From positions 248,001-312,000 of IMG/VR virus record IMGVR_UViG_3300034072_000758: DNA of 64,000 nucleotides; one strand, 5' to 3'. Of the stretch, positions 9,901-18,982 are shown in pieces. Below the pieces are notes generated by a model. It worked only from the letters and a program-made list of their open reading frames with translations. It was not told where the DNA came from and searched no databases. The position numbers were made by a program, and so were the translations under genes. Each line of letters opens with the position of its first letter. Position 1 is the stretch's first letter.

Positions 9901-10031
9901 GATATTTTGTCTCCACAATATGATATACTTTCACCTATAGCATATATCGACAGCAAGTCAACATATAAACAATAATTGACCCACTTCACCGAACGATGAT
10001 ATACATATTTACCAAATAAAAGGACTACTCA

Positions 10032-10586
10032 ATGGACGATTACGCCAAAGAAGCTCAAGAAAAAAGCGTATTCAAGTTATATCAACCCGTTCGTGTAAGA
10101 CGATCTGGTGGATTGTCGCTCGTTAATGGAATGCACGAGATACCGCGTCCCGAAGATGATCCCAATTTGTATTTCGATTCCAGAGTTGTTGGGTGGGACA
10201 TGTTCGGGCGGATCGAAGTCGCCACGATTATCACAGATAACGTCCACTGTACTGAATGGTGTTGGTCCGAAGATAAGCTTCAAGCCCAACCAGCCGGTAA
10301 ATGGGACTGGTATCAGGATCGTATGGCCGGTCTGGCGGCTGGCAAAGATGGATATTGGGATAAAAATCGTTTCTGGCAGGAAGTGGGTTCCGAAATCTAC
10401 TTTATGTGGGAACTCACCACTAAATTTTGCGGGGATGATAATTATACTCTTGGCGAAACGGTCAAAGCGGTCTTAGTCGGCCCGCATATCAATCATGGTG
10501 ACTGGATAGTTTCTTATGAAAAGAAACCCAAGGACATGTGGATTACACGAGTTCTGAATGAACGGCAGATGTGGCCGCGCGAATAG
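10032..10586 (+). CDS. Hypothetical protein
   Basis: AAGGA RBS, TTGACC promoter-like element. Confidence 0.65.
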   Translation: MDDYAKEAQEKSVFKLYQPVRVRRSGGLSLVNGMHEIPRPEDDPNLYFDSRVVGWDMFGRIEVATIITDNVHCTEWCWSEDKLQAQPAGKWDWYQDRMAGLAAGKDGYWDKNRFWQEVGSEIYFMWELTTKFCGDDNYTLGETVKAVLVGPHINHGDWIVSYEKKPKDMWITRVLNERQMWPRE

Positions 10587-10660
10587 CTTATATTTCAGAA
10601 GCAACTTTCCGAGACGATGCCCTCATCAGGGCCACTGTTTAACAGAATAGAAGTCGGTGA

Positions 10661-10924
10661 TCATCGGTCGATGGTGATTACAGCGGGAATGATTTCGAAA
10701 TATTCTTTGTATTGTTCGTCCGTGAAATTACCAGCGGATACATCGGCTGATTTTTTCAAGAACGCACTCGCCTTCCCAATTGTCGGGAAAAGCTTTGATT
10801 TTTCTAATTCTTTTTGGAATCCTTTGTTGGCCAGATAATCTCCTGCGTCCCAACACCCATAATAGAAATATTCACTTGGGTGGTTTTTGATCGCCCGAAC
10901 GATATATTGCGTAAATGTCAGCAC
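10661..10924 (-). CDS. Hypothetical protein
   Basis: GAGG RBS, GTG start. Confidence 0.55.
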   Translation of the reverse strand: MLTFTQYIVRAIKNHPSEYFYYGCWDAGDYLANKGFQKELEKSKLFPTIGKASAFLKKSADVSAGNFTDEQYKEYFEIIPAVITIDR

Positions 10925-10979
10925 AGGAACCTCACTAAGGATAGCTATCCTAAAACATATGGGAGGATCGTTGTCAATC

Positions 10980-10987
10980 TATAAATA
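10980..10987 (+). promoter_or_regulatory. T4-like late promoter, 5 nt before ATG
   Basis: TATAAATA-TACGT-ATG. Confidence 0.8.
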
Positions 10988-10992
10988 TACGT

Positions 10993-11802
10993 ATGAGCAA
11001 TTGGTATCGAAATCTTGTAAATCTGATAGAAAGCGCTATAGACGAAGATGTATCTGACGGTTATTACCCGGCAACCGAACGTAACATAAAGCTTGCTAAA
11101 GCCTTTGTATTCGACAAATGGAAAGAGCGAGCCTATGAGCGCATGGGTGGTTTGGATAGCTATTCTCCGCCTACTGATTTAAGCAATTCCTGTAAATTCA
11201 CATCACAGTTTGTCAAGAATATTTTTGGCGGAACCATACAGGGAAACTTCGATCACCAGTATGTCGTCAAGGATGGTGCTATCATCGATTTGAATATCGA
11301 TGCTAAGGATGTCAAGACATTGGGCGATAAAGCTCATGTCCATGATCCTAAGTTCTTTGGAAAGCGTGACCACAAAGCTTCCATGAAAAGCTGCGAACCA
11401 AGAGTAGCCGCATGGACCCAAGAGTTTCTGTCCAAGTACGGTTCGAAGCTCGATAAAAAGCCTATTTACGAACAAGTTATAGAGCCTATTACGGTCTATC
11501 ATGTTACGCCAAAACGTAATTTGAAATCGATCAAATCCAACGGCTTAACTCCACAAATCGGAGATAATAGCACCCGTCTTGGAGAGACCGAAGAAGCCAT
11601 TCATGTATTTTATAATTTGGACGATCTTGAGGATGCGCTTTCGAATTGGGATTTGTTTGACGAAGATGAAGAACTTGTTTGCTTGAAGATAACAGTACCA
11701 AAAAACGAAGTAAAAGACGATCCGGCGTATCCTAATTCTGTAGGATTGATAAAAACGGTTGTTCCGCCACAGAATATAAAGAAGATGAATATAGAGCTAT
11801 GA
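10993..11802 (+). CDS. Leader-bearing protein: papain/transglutaminase-like domain plus ART-like domain
   Basis: MSNWYRNLVNLIE; NSCKF...DHQYV...IIDL; VYHVTPKRNLKSIKSNGLTP. Confidence 0.6.
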   Translation: MSNWYRNLVNLIESAIDEDVSDGYYPATERNIKLAKAFVFDKWKERAYERMGGLDSYSPPTDLSNSCKFTSQFVKNIFGGTIQGNFDHQYVVKDGAIIDLNIDAKDVKTLGDKAHVHDPKFFGKRDHKASMKSCEPRVAAWTQEFLSKYGSKLDKKPIYEQVIEPITVYHVTPKRNLKSIKSNGLTPQIGDNSTRLGETEEAIHVFYNLDDLEDALSNWDLFDEDEELVCLKITVPKNEVKDDPAYPNSVGLIKTVVPPQNIKKMNIEL

Positions 11803-12914
11803 GTAATTGGTACAGAGAAATTGTAAATCTACTGGAAGGTATCGGAGATATTCGACCGCACATTGAAACGATTGAGAAACAATATGGGGTATCCATAAAA
11901 TACACTATAGACAACAACGTATTTCGTTTAGAAAACATAGATCGAACAACTGGCACCAAAGGCAATGGAAGTCTCGCTTTATCCAAGTTGATCGAACTTA
12001 CTAATGAATATGGATTTAATATTACGCTAACGGTGGATAAAGGTCATCCAAATCTTGTCAAATTTTATCTGGATCATGGGTTTGTCCCTGCCGATCATCC
12101 AACCGACATAAAAGCGTGGTTCAATAAACATCAAAGAGACTGGTATTATGCTGACGAATATGAGCCAGAAGATGAAGATGATGAGCGACCAGAATTACCT
12201 TGGGTGAATATGATACATTACGCCGGTCAAGGAATAAGGTCTCCAAACACCATAATATCAGAAGATTTTAACATAGATGACTATACGTCTCTTGGGTTGG
12301 ATGCGACCAAAGCCGAACCATTCATGAAGGCCGGGTTTTCTCCCAAGGCCGCTAGAATGTATCTTGAAGTCAATGCTACGGTTGATGACGCGATGAGAGA
12401 TCGAGAGTTCGGCGAAAGACGTAGAGCCAAAGAAGAAGCCGAACAAAAAATGCTCGCCAACATCGAAAAAGTTGCGAAGAAGAATACGCCTATCACTTAT
12501 AACGAGGCTTGTGCGATCATCGCAGCCGATGATGATTTGTTCGATTTGGTACGCGGTTGGACTTGGAATGCTGACTATGCTGAGTACGACCAACCGGAAG
12601 ACGCTGCCCGCTTTCTTGCGGTGTTGAAGCGTATGAAGCCGGTTAAGAAGCATCTGTTTCGTGGCCAGATGCCATTTGGTGACCATGATAGCCATACGCG
12701 CGGCTTTCACTCATGGTCGGCCAATCGTCAGACTGCTGAAATTTTCGCCGAACGTAATGGTGTAGTTCTGGAAATTAATCGTCCGATCCAAGGAGTCGCA
12801 TTGAGCGATGTCCTTGATCTGCGCATGAAGCTCAGACCGGGTGAAAGCCATTATGGCGGACCACAAGCTGAATGGTTTGTTGTGGACCAGCCTGAGCAAT
12901 TTAAAAAATATTGA
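11799..12914 (+). CDS. Leader-bearing protein: GNAT-like domain plus R-S-E type ART-like domain
   Basis: MSNWYREIVNLLE; KGNGSLAL...LVKFYLDHGF; LFRG...HSWS...QAEWFV. Confidence 0.6.
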   Translation: MSNWYREIVNLLEGIGDIRPHIETIEKQYGVSIKYTIDNNVFRLENIDRTTGTKGNGSLALSKLIELTNEYGFNITLTVDKGHPNLVKFYLDHGFVPADHPTDIKAWFNKHQRDWYYADEYEPEDEDDERPELPWVNMIHYAGQGIRSPNTIISEDFNIDDYTSLGLDATKAEPFMKAGFSPKAARMYLEVNATVDDAMRDREFGERRRAKEEAEQKMLANIEKVAKKNTPITYNEACAIIAADDDLFDLVRGWTWNADYAEYDQPEDAARFLAVLKRMKPVKKHLFRGQMPFGDHDSHTRGFHSWSANRQTAEIFAERNGVVLEINRPIQGVALSDVLDLRMKLRPGESHYGGPQAEWFVVDQPEQFKKY

Positions 12915-13058
12915 CAGGCTTCAACATGATTTGTCTCCATCGCGGCCTTATGCCATAATGGCATCTTTGAAGAAATTGAAAACCTTTTTGGCTTTGTTTT
13001 TATCGGGTGACCAGCACGTTAGCAACCTCACGTAGCCCAAACGGACTGGATAAAAAAA

Positions 13059-13847
13059 TTACCAATCACCCTCATATGAAGGGTCGATGTAAAGCGGATC
13101 GATCATCACAATCTGTCCATTAGAACGCATCATTAGGTTATGTGGGGTAACATCTGCGTGTGGCTCCCAATTCGAAATGAATTTGGAGAGCTTGGCCAAA
13201 TCAGGATCACCGGCAATCGCGTCCTTATCCCTCCACGGTGCCGAATCAATCTGTTCCATCTTCTCACAAAATTCAACAGCCTTGTCAGTAGGGCAAGGAA
13301 CTAAGGTCTCAAGCCTAACCGCTTTAAAGATGCTATTAATTCGCAATGGGTTCCCTTTTATCTTCGGGACATACTTGTTACCCTTGTTGGATAACATGAA
13401 ATGAACAAACTCATCGTAACCCTGATCGTTGCGATACACTTTCAGAACATATGAATATGCCGGATGACTGAACACCGCTCCGTTGATACCCGATCCAATA
13501 AGGTCGAAGCCATAGTTCTTCATTGTCTTAACGAGGCTACGTTTCCATGCCGGGTTTTTTCTAGCCGCTTGTTGATGCACGTTTTTATCAATTTTAGGGT
13601 CATTAAACGATGATTTGAAATTTCGGTAATCATCGAGCGGACCTTCTTCAAGTTTAGAAATGCGTGGCTTGAAAAGCTTCTGGTCACCCTTATTGGTCTT
13701 CAATACTGGCTGGTTGTGTTCATCCTTATCGAACCCTTTGACAACAGCCTTGCGGTTCTTGAATTTACCCACGAGAACTTCATCGCCGACTTCGATGTCT
13801 GGTAATTCAAGTGTCTCTTTACTTTCAAGGATTTCACGATAGCGCAT
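13059..13847 (-). CDS. Leader-bearing protein kinase-like protein
   Basis: MRYREILE; IGSGINGAVF...VLKVY...ADVTPHNLMM...MIDP. Confidence 0.7.
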   Translation of the reverse strand: MRYREILESKETLELPDIEVGDEVLVGKFKNRKAVVKGFDKDEHNQPVLKTNKGDQKLFKPRISKLEEGPLDDYRNFKSSFNDPKIDKNVHQQAARKNPAWKRSLVKTMKNYGFDLIGSGINGAVFSHPAYSYVLKVYRNDQGYDEFVHFMLSNKGNKYVPKIKGNPLRINSIFKAVRLETLVPCPTDKAVEFCEKMEQIDSAPWRDKDAIAGDPDLAKLSKFISNWEPHADVTPHNLMMRSNGQIVMIDPLYIDPSYEGDW

Positions 13848-13856
13848 GTGTATATT

Positions 13857-14234
13857 TTACCAGTTCTTACAGGACCAGTAATTAGCCTTCCACTTTGGGC
13901 CGGGATCGGTATCGCAATGATGTCTTGCTCTATATGATTTTCTGTGTTCGGGATAACGCTTCTTGATCGTCATATCGGGGTCACCGAAATTGACTTTTAC
14001 AACATTATCCTTGTCGTTCTTCACATAGACAGAAAACTTCTTAGGGCCATCTGGGGTTCTGAATGGTTTGTTCAGTGTAACTTCGCGCCCTTGGTATTCA
14101 GCTTCGGTCAGAGTTTCAGACATTTCTACCCAGCCGTATTTTTCAAAGAAATCGTCACCGTGAAGGGTTTCTTCGCAATTTTCACGGTCGTGAGACTCGA
14201 TAAGATTGATTATATTTCGATACCAGTGTGTCAT
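13857..14234 (-). CDS. Leader-bearing phage protein of unknown function
   Basis: GTTAAATA-TAATC-ATG; MTHWYRNIINLIE; KVNFGDP...YRARHHCD...YWSCKNW. Confidence 0.7.
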   Translation of the reverse strand: MTHWYRNIINLIESHDRENCEETLHGDDFFEKYGWVEMSETLTEAEYQGREVTLNKPFRTPDGPKKFSVYVKNDKDNVVKVNFGDPDMTIKKRYPEHRKSYRARHHCDTDPGPKWKANYWSCKNW

Positions 14235-14251
14235 GATTATATTTAACAACT

Positions 14252-14878
14252 TTAATAAGCTTCATCTTTGAATGTGTAATCAAGAAGATTTATATGAGCA
14301 TTTGGTTTCAGACGAACTTCTTGTTCTTCTTCGTATGCCGGATCAGCGTTCATACCCAATGTGGCGACCCAATCGACTTCGTTTTCATCAACCTCGCCTT
14401 TCAGAACTACAATAACCGGATCAGAGATATGCTCGCGGCCCTGCCAGTAAGCTTCTGCCGAATGTTCTTCCCATGTCCAATATATACCTAAGTGACGAGA
14501 GTTCGGCTTCCACCCGCGAGGGACGGCCATCGCGCGATAGAGAATAATCTTGCCATTTTTTATACGCGAGGCGAGTTCATATTCAACCTCCGCATATCGT
14601 CCACGAACGTATTCAGAAAACCAGTTTTTAAATTCCTCAGTGGTATGGTCTACTTCACTACCATTATTTTTTGTAAAGTCCTTGAAAAAATCATCTTCTA
14701 TATCTTCCGAATCGTCTTCGATACCCATGTCTTCGCGGTATTCATCTTCGACCCGTTCACCCGTACCACTACTCCAATCAATATGATCGTAAGTAAATTC
14801 TACGACAGCATCATGAATATCAGTTGGAATCGAAGCACGTTCCATAAGATTAACAAGATTTCTATACCAGTGTGTCAT
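14252..14878 (-). CDS. Leader-bearing ART-like protein
   Basis: MTHWYRNLVNLME; LYRAM...GIYWT...EEEQEVRL. Confidence 0.6.
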   Translation of the reverse strand: MTHWYRNLVNLMERASIPTDIHDAVVEFTYDHIDWSSGTGERVEDEYREDMGIEDDSEDIEDDFFKDFTKNNGSEVDHTTEEFKNWFSEYVRGRYAEVEYELASRIKNGKIILYRAMAVPRGWKPNSRHLGIYWTWEEHSAEAYWQGREHISDPVIVVLKGEVDENEVDWVATLGMNADPAYEEEQEVRLKPNAHINLLDYTFKDEAY

Positions 14879-14883
14879 GAGTA

Positions 14884-14895
14884 TATTTATAAATA
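14884..14895. promoter_or_regulatory. Bidirectional overlapping late promoters
   Basis: Palindrome TATTTATAAATA gives TATAAATA on both strands, each 5 nt from an ATG (14878 minus, 14901 plus). Confidence 0.8.
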
Positions 14896-14900
14896 TTCAC

Positions 14901-15272
14901 ATGCGCGAATACATGACTATCCTAAACGAAATCTACCAAGAGCCGAAAGACTCTTCGTTCACACATGAGGGGGCGCAATATGATCTGAATGCCATCCTCA
15001 AAGCAACGAAGGATAATGAGACCGTTGATGTTGAGATCGCCGATTTGATCTGGGTATTCAAGTACGATCCGATGACCGAGGAAGATGCCGACCGAATATT
15101 CGGTTCCGACTTGGAAGCACCAATCCTGATCACCGTCGAAACCGAGGATGACCAAGAAAAAGTTGTTGTCTTGGATGGAGAGCACCGCCTAGCAAAAGCT
15201 GTGCTCTCAGGTCGAGCCACGTTACCAGCCGTCAAAGTTGATAGAGAATTTCTTTCGAAATTCAAAATTTAA
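14901..15272 (+). CDS. Leader-bearing ParB/Srx-like protein
   Basis: MREYMTILNE; PILI...VLDGEHRLAKA. Confidence 0.7.
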   Translation: MREYMTILNEIYQEPKDSSFTHEGAQYDLNAILKATKDNETVDVEIADLIWVFKYDPMTEEDADRIFGSDLEAPILITVETEDDQEKVVVLDGEHRLAKAVLSGRATLPAVKVDREFLSKFKI

Positions 15273-15275
15273 AAG

Positions 15276-15560
15276 TTATACGCGCTTGTGATTACGTTTA
15301 TCGACTGTGATAAACAAGTACCAAGTTTCGCCATTATCACCCTCGAACACTTTACATGTTTCCAGTTGATAATTTCCTACTTTGCTCTCGCTACCAGTCT
15401 GAATGAAATACTTGTTCCGGCGTGACTTATGAAGCTTGCGCGCATGGTTGCCAGCTTTCAACCGAACAAAGATACGACCATTCTCGGAGAATACCTTGTC
15501 CAGATATTCTTTAACCAGTGGGTGATCTGTCGGGTAATCGCCATATGCTATATCGACCAA
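15276..15560 (-). CDS. Hypothetical protein
   Basis: AGGAGG RBS, TTG start. Confidence 0.6.
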   Translation of the reverse strand: MVDIAYGDYPTDHPLVKEYLDKVFSENGRIFVRLKAGNHARKLHKSRRNKYFIQTGSESKVGNYQLETCKVFEGDNGETWYLFITVDKRNHKRV

Positions 15561-15664
15561 TGCTGCCTCCTAAGTTAACTCGAACGGGTTACCGTAAGTG
15601 TTAGGGTAATATTTTCAAACAGTATCAGGTGCTCGTGTTTTGTCAATGTAATAATAAATATCAT

Positions 15665-16573
15665 ATGCGTTTATATGAAATAATGGCAAATTGGCAAATA
15701 GAAGAACAATACGCTTATGGTGATTGTGATATACTTGCTATAGGTTTACATATAAAATTGAAGTTACCACTCAGAGCCGTGGTCGATGGTGACAAGTATT
15801 CGCATGTTTGGGTATCCCCATCACCCAATACCGCACTTGATATATGGGGAGAGCGCCCAGAAAAAGAAATATATCAAGCTTGGATCGCAGAAGATGATCA
15901 AGGTGGCGAAATTAAAACCGTCTCCCTCGAATGGCTGATGGCACATTTACCAGCCAAACAAAAAGAAAATCTAAATCAGCGAGTGAAAAAATCGTTAGAA
16001 GATTTTAAAATAGTTCACCCGAACAGTAGGTTGATTGAATCTTTCGGAAAAGTATTTAACTTTGATCCACAATTAGGCGACAAAACCCTGTTCGATCTGG
16101 ATGTTAAGGCTCGAAATGGCAGCTTAACACAAGACGACTTGAAATCTTTCAGAGCATTATTGAACCGCGATAAAAACGCATTTGTTCGTATGTATCATGG
16201 CACATCAAGCTCACATGACGTTCTGGGAAAAGGATTACTACCAACCTCACCAAATCGCTCTAAAAGCCTCCAAAGTGCCGCAGGATATGTTTATGTAGCA
16301 TATGATCCGAGGATGGCGTTAGCGTTCGCACGACACGCTTACCCATCTGATAATGAATTTACCGTTTATGCCGTGGATGTGACGATAGCTCGTTTATTAC
16401 CAGACCACGATCAATTACGAAACAAACGACATTTCGCCGGTATAGAAGTGGGAGACAGTCTTGTCGATTCATTAATCTTTGGTGGTGGAGCAAGAGTTAA
16501 GGGAAAGATCAGTCCGATGCAAATTCATATCTACGGTAAATTTGATAAGAGCGGTAAAGAGATTGATTTTTGA
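15665..16573 (+). CDS. Leader-bearing protein: papain-like domain plus ART-like domain
   Basis: AATAAATA-TCAT-ATG; MRLYE; YGDCDILAIGL...HVWV...ALDIWG; RLIE linker; MYHGT...GLLP...YVYVA. Confidence 0.6.
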   Translation: MRLYEIMANWQIEEQYAYGDCDILAIGLHIKLKLPLRAVVDGDKYSHVWVSPSPNTALDIWGERPEKEIYQAWIAEDDQGGEIKTVSLEWLMAHLPAKQKENLNQRVKKSLEDFKIVHPNSRLIESFGKVFNFDPQLGDKTLFDLDVKARNGSLTQDDLKSFRALLNRDKNAFVRMYHGTSSSHDVLGKGLLPTSPNRSKSLQSAAGYVYVAYDPRMALAFARHAYPSDNEFTVYAVDVTIARLLPDHDQLRNKRHFAGIEVGDSLVDSLIFGGGARVKGKISPMQIHIYGKFDKSGKEIDF

Positions 16574-16605
16574 TGCGGCACGAAGATCGATAACTTGATC
16601 TTGAA

Positions 16606-16959
16606 TTAGGATAGCAATGCCAGCATGGTCATGAAATGGTCGCGGAAGGCGCGGCCATTTTTATTGAACGTGATCGAACGCACCGATTTAATCTTAGAGT
16701 TCTTGATAAAAATATTGAGACGCCACCCGTTACCAACGATGCGGTATCGAGTGTAATAGTCTTGCATTCCAATATCCAAGACGCTCCAATGGGCTACGAT
16801 AAATTTGAACTCGTAGCCTTGAAACGATGCTGGGGCCGTAAACCAATCTACAACAAATGGAATGAATGATTTACACGTCTTGAATTTGGTATCACCCAAA
16901 TGATTGAGATCAAACAGATAGTTGTAGATTGCATCTTTCTGATCTTCGGTGAATGTCAT
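16606..16959 (-). CDS. Hypothetical protein, C-terminal tail family
   Basis: Ends FRDHFMTMLALLS. Confidence 0.6.
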   Translation of the reverse strand: MTFTEDQKDAIYNYLFDLNHLGDTKFKTCKSFIPFVVDWFTAPASFQGYEFKFIVAHWSVLDIGMQDYYTRYRIVGNGWRLNIFIKNSKIKSVRSITFNKNGRAFRDHFMTMLALLS

Positions 16960-17168
16960 TGAGGAACACAAACCGCATCGAGCGTCGTTTCGGTGATCGT
17001 GGTGTTACAGTAATCATCTGTGCTTGGATTCGTGCGACGGTCGCGGTAACGCCCTTGCTCCATGACCGCTTCTTGTTCGGCTCGCTCCTGTGACGTGAAG
17101 ACACCCACAAGCCATTGTGACATGACATCGTAATCGTGGTTGTCGGCGTATACCACCCAGACCTTCAT
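16956..17168 (-). CDS. Hypothetical protein
   Basis: MKVWVVY...GVFTSQERA, a common small phage protein pattern. Confidence 0.6.
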   Translation of the reverse strand: MKVWVVYADNHDYDVMSQWLVGVFTSQERAEQEAVMEQGRYRDRRTNPSTDDYCNTTITETTLDAVCVPQ

Positions 17169-17431
17169 GCTTGTAACACCCATTCCGAGATCATAAACAG
17201 ATTGTCATAGCCCTCGACGGATATGCCATACACCCAATGAACCTTTCGTCCGGCGCGCGCGTCGATCATCATAATCTCCCCGGTCGCAACGTCTTCCTCC
17301 GAAAACTTGAAATCATTAATGAAGTTCGCCGGAAAAGAAACCTTCTGATCCAGAGTAAATTTCGGCGGGTAATCCGGCAGAATCTTTTCTGGGATTGCCA
17401 TTCGTGAGGAATAAATCGGGTAGCTGGTCAC
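17165..17431 (-). CDS. Hypothetical protein
   Basis: Overlapping start/stop with neighbours. Confidence 0.55.
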   Translation of the reverse strand: MTSYPIYSSRMAIPEKILPDYPPKFTLDQKVSFPANFINDFKFSEEDVATGEIMMIDARAGRKVHWVYGISVEGYDNLFMISEWVLQA

Positions 17432-17913
17432 AGAGATAATCTTTCAAGTCCGGCGAGATAAATGATGGTTAAGGCTTGCTCGACCTCAGCATCAGGTACT
17501 TTATTGTACGCCCAATGTTTATCAATCTCAGGTTTTATGTTATAGGGGGATATGCCTTGAGACGCAAACGTTAAGACCGAGTTATCGGGTGTGGCTTCTT
17601 TATAGTGTATAACACGATACCAGAAGCGCAAATTTGTCAAATGCCGATCAGATTGATGGAGAGCGATTTCTTCGCTTAGCCAAAAATCGGCATTGGAGTC
17701 ATAACAAATGCTTGGATCGATCTTGAGCACATAATCTTGGAACTTCAACGGACGAAAGCGATTTCCGCCGATTGTCTTTTTGGATTCATCATTGGACTTG
17801 TTGATGACGCCAATCCAGAACTCATGATCAGTAAAAACGGTCATAATACCACCAAGGCTGCGATCAGAATGACCAAAAATAAAGTTAATAGTTTCTTGTT
17901 CGACATACACCAA
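17428..17913 (-). CDS. Hypothetical protein
   Basis: First gene of minus-strand operon; tail EVEQALTIIYL. Confidence 0.55.
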   Translation of the reverse strand: MVYVEQETINFIFGHSDRSLGGIMTVFTDHEFWIGVINKSNDESKKTIGGNRFRPLKFQDYVLKIDPSICYDSNADFWLSEEIALHQSDRHLTNLRFWYRVIHYKEATPDNSVLTFASQGISPYNIKPEIDKHWAYNKVPDAEVEQALTIIYLAGLERLSL

Positions 17914-17960
17914 GACTATTAAAATTGACTTAACGTGTCAACCTCAATTATGATTAACGT

Positions 17961-18443
17961 ATGCCATTTTCAGATGAAGAAATACATGATATTCAGCAAT
18001 GGGATACGATTGGTTATATGATAACCGATGAATGGGAAAAGTTTGCGTCGAGTAAAACGTTTACAAGAGACGTTCAGTTAAGAATAGTCAATTCGGCACC
18101 AGAAAATATAGTCCGACTCCACAATCCACACGAAGATGTAATTCAATATTGTAATGCTTTGTTCGTGAGTAGAATTGATAGGCTAAGACCCTATTCATTT
18201 GATGATTTTGCGATCTTCGCGTATTTTCATACTTTCTCAGCCGAAAGGATATTTGATTTCTTATATGAGAGTACGATAACGCATATCACCGAATTTGTTA
18301 TGGAGCGTCTTGATCGAATGATAATGTTCGTTCATAATTATTTCGAAGGGAACCGTATTCCAGAATACGTATCCGTCATCAACACAATCTCGCGCTTCAT
18401 CAATAACGACGAAGACCGCATCAAGTTCAGGCTCATGGTATGA
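17961..18443 (+). CDS. Hypothetical protein, paralog 1 of tandem trio
   Basis: VQLRIV...IVRLHNPHEDVI; ends DEDRIKFRLMV. Confidence 0.65.
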   Translation: MPFSDEEIHDIQQWDTIGYMITDEWEKFASSKTFTRDVQLRIVNSAPENIVRLHNPHEDVIQYCNALFVSRIDRLRPYSFDDFAIFAYFHTFSAERIFDFLYESTITHITEFVMERLDRMIMFVHNYFEGNRIPEYVSVINTISRFINNDEDRIKFRLMV

Positions 18444-18982
18444 TTACCGAAACCGACATTCAATTCATCAGTCTGTTTGACCAAGTTTCTAATACAAGGT
18501 ATTCCGATTCGGGTACACTTGAGTTCTATCAGATGATCCGTGAAACAGAACTGAGCGAAGTATGTCAGGTTGTATTCGTATCTCGATACATCCCGCATAT
18601 CGTTTTCCTATACAATCCCTGTCCAGCGGTCATAGATTTATTCAATCGATACATACAAAGAGATTTCCCATCTTGGCTATCTGAACTGGTTAATATGGAA
18701 TCGTCATATGATCACTACAATCTGGTTGCTAATCTGATCGACACATTTTCGAATGATGCGTTCAAGCTATTGACCGATCAAACTAAAGAACTAATCACAA
18801 GCACCATTCGAGGCAACTTTCAACAGAACGCCTACGACATTGGACACGCGGTCCAGAGGAATTATGGCGGGCGAGTCTTTGGGGGACCGGAGGTTACGAC
18901 AGAAGAAATGACAAAGAACATATTGTCCTTGCTTACTGATGAAGAAGCCGTCAAATTCGTTTTGTATGGCAGCACCCGATGA
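18440..18982 (+). CDS. Hypothetical protein, paralog 2 of tandem trio
   Basis: CQVVFV...IVFLYNPCPAVI; ends DEEAVKFVLYGSTR. Confidence 0.65.
   Translation: MITETDIQFISLFDQVSNTRYSDSGTLEFYQMIRETELSEVCQVVFVSRYIPHIVFLYNPCPAVIDLFNRYIQRDFPSWLSELVNMESSYDHYNLVANLIDTFSNDAFKLLTDQTKELITSTIRGNFQQNAYDIGHAVQRNYGGRVFGGPEVTTEEMTKNILSLLTDEEAVKFVLYGSTR

Noticed and set aside
7156-14878. DNA-level repeat or mobile element behind the shared M(S/T)(N/H)WYRN starts
   Set aside because: The copies differ mostly at synonymous positions, so conservation is at the peptide level. It is treated as a protein leader instead.
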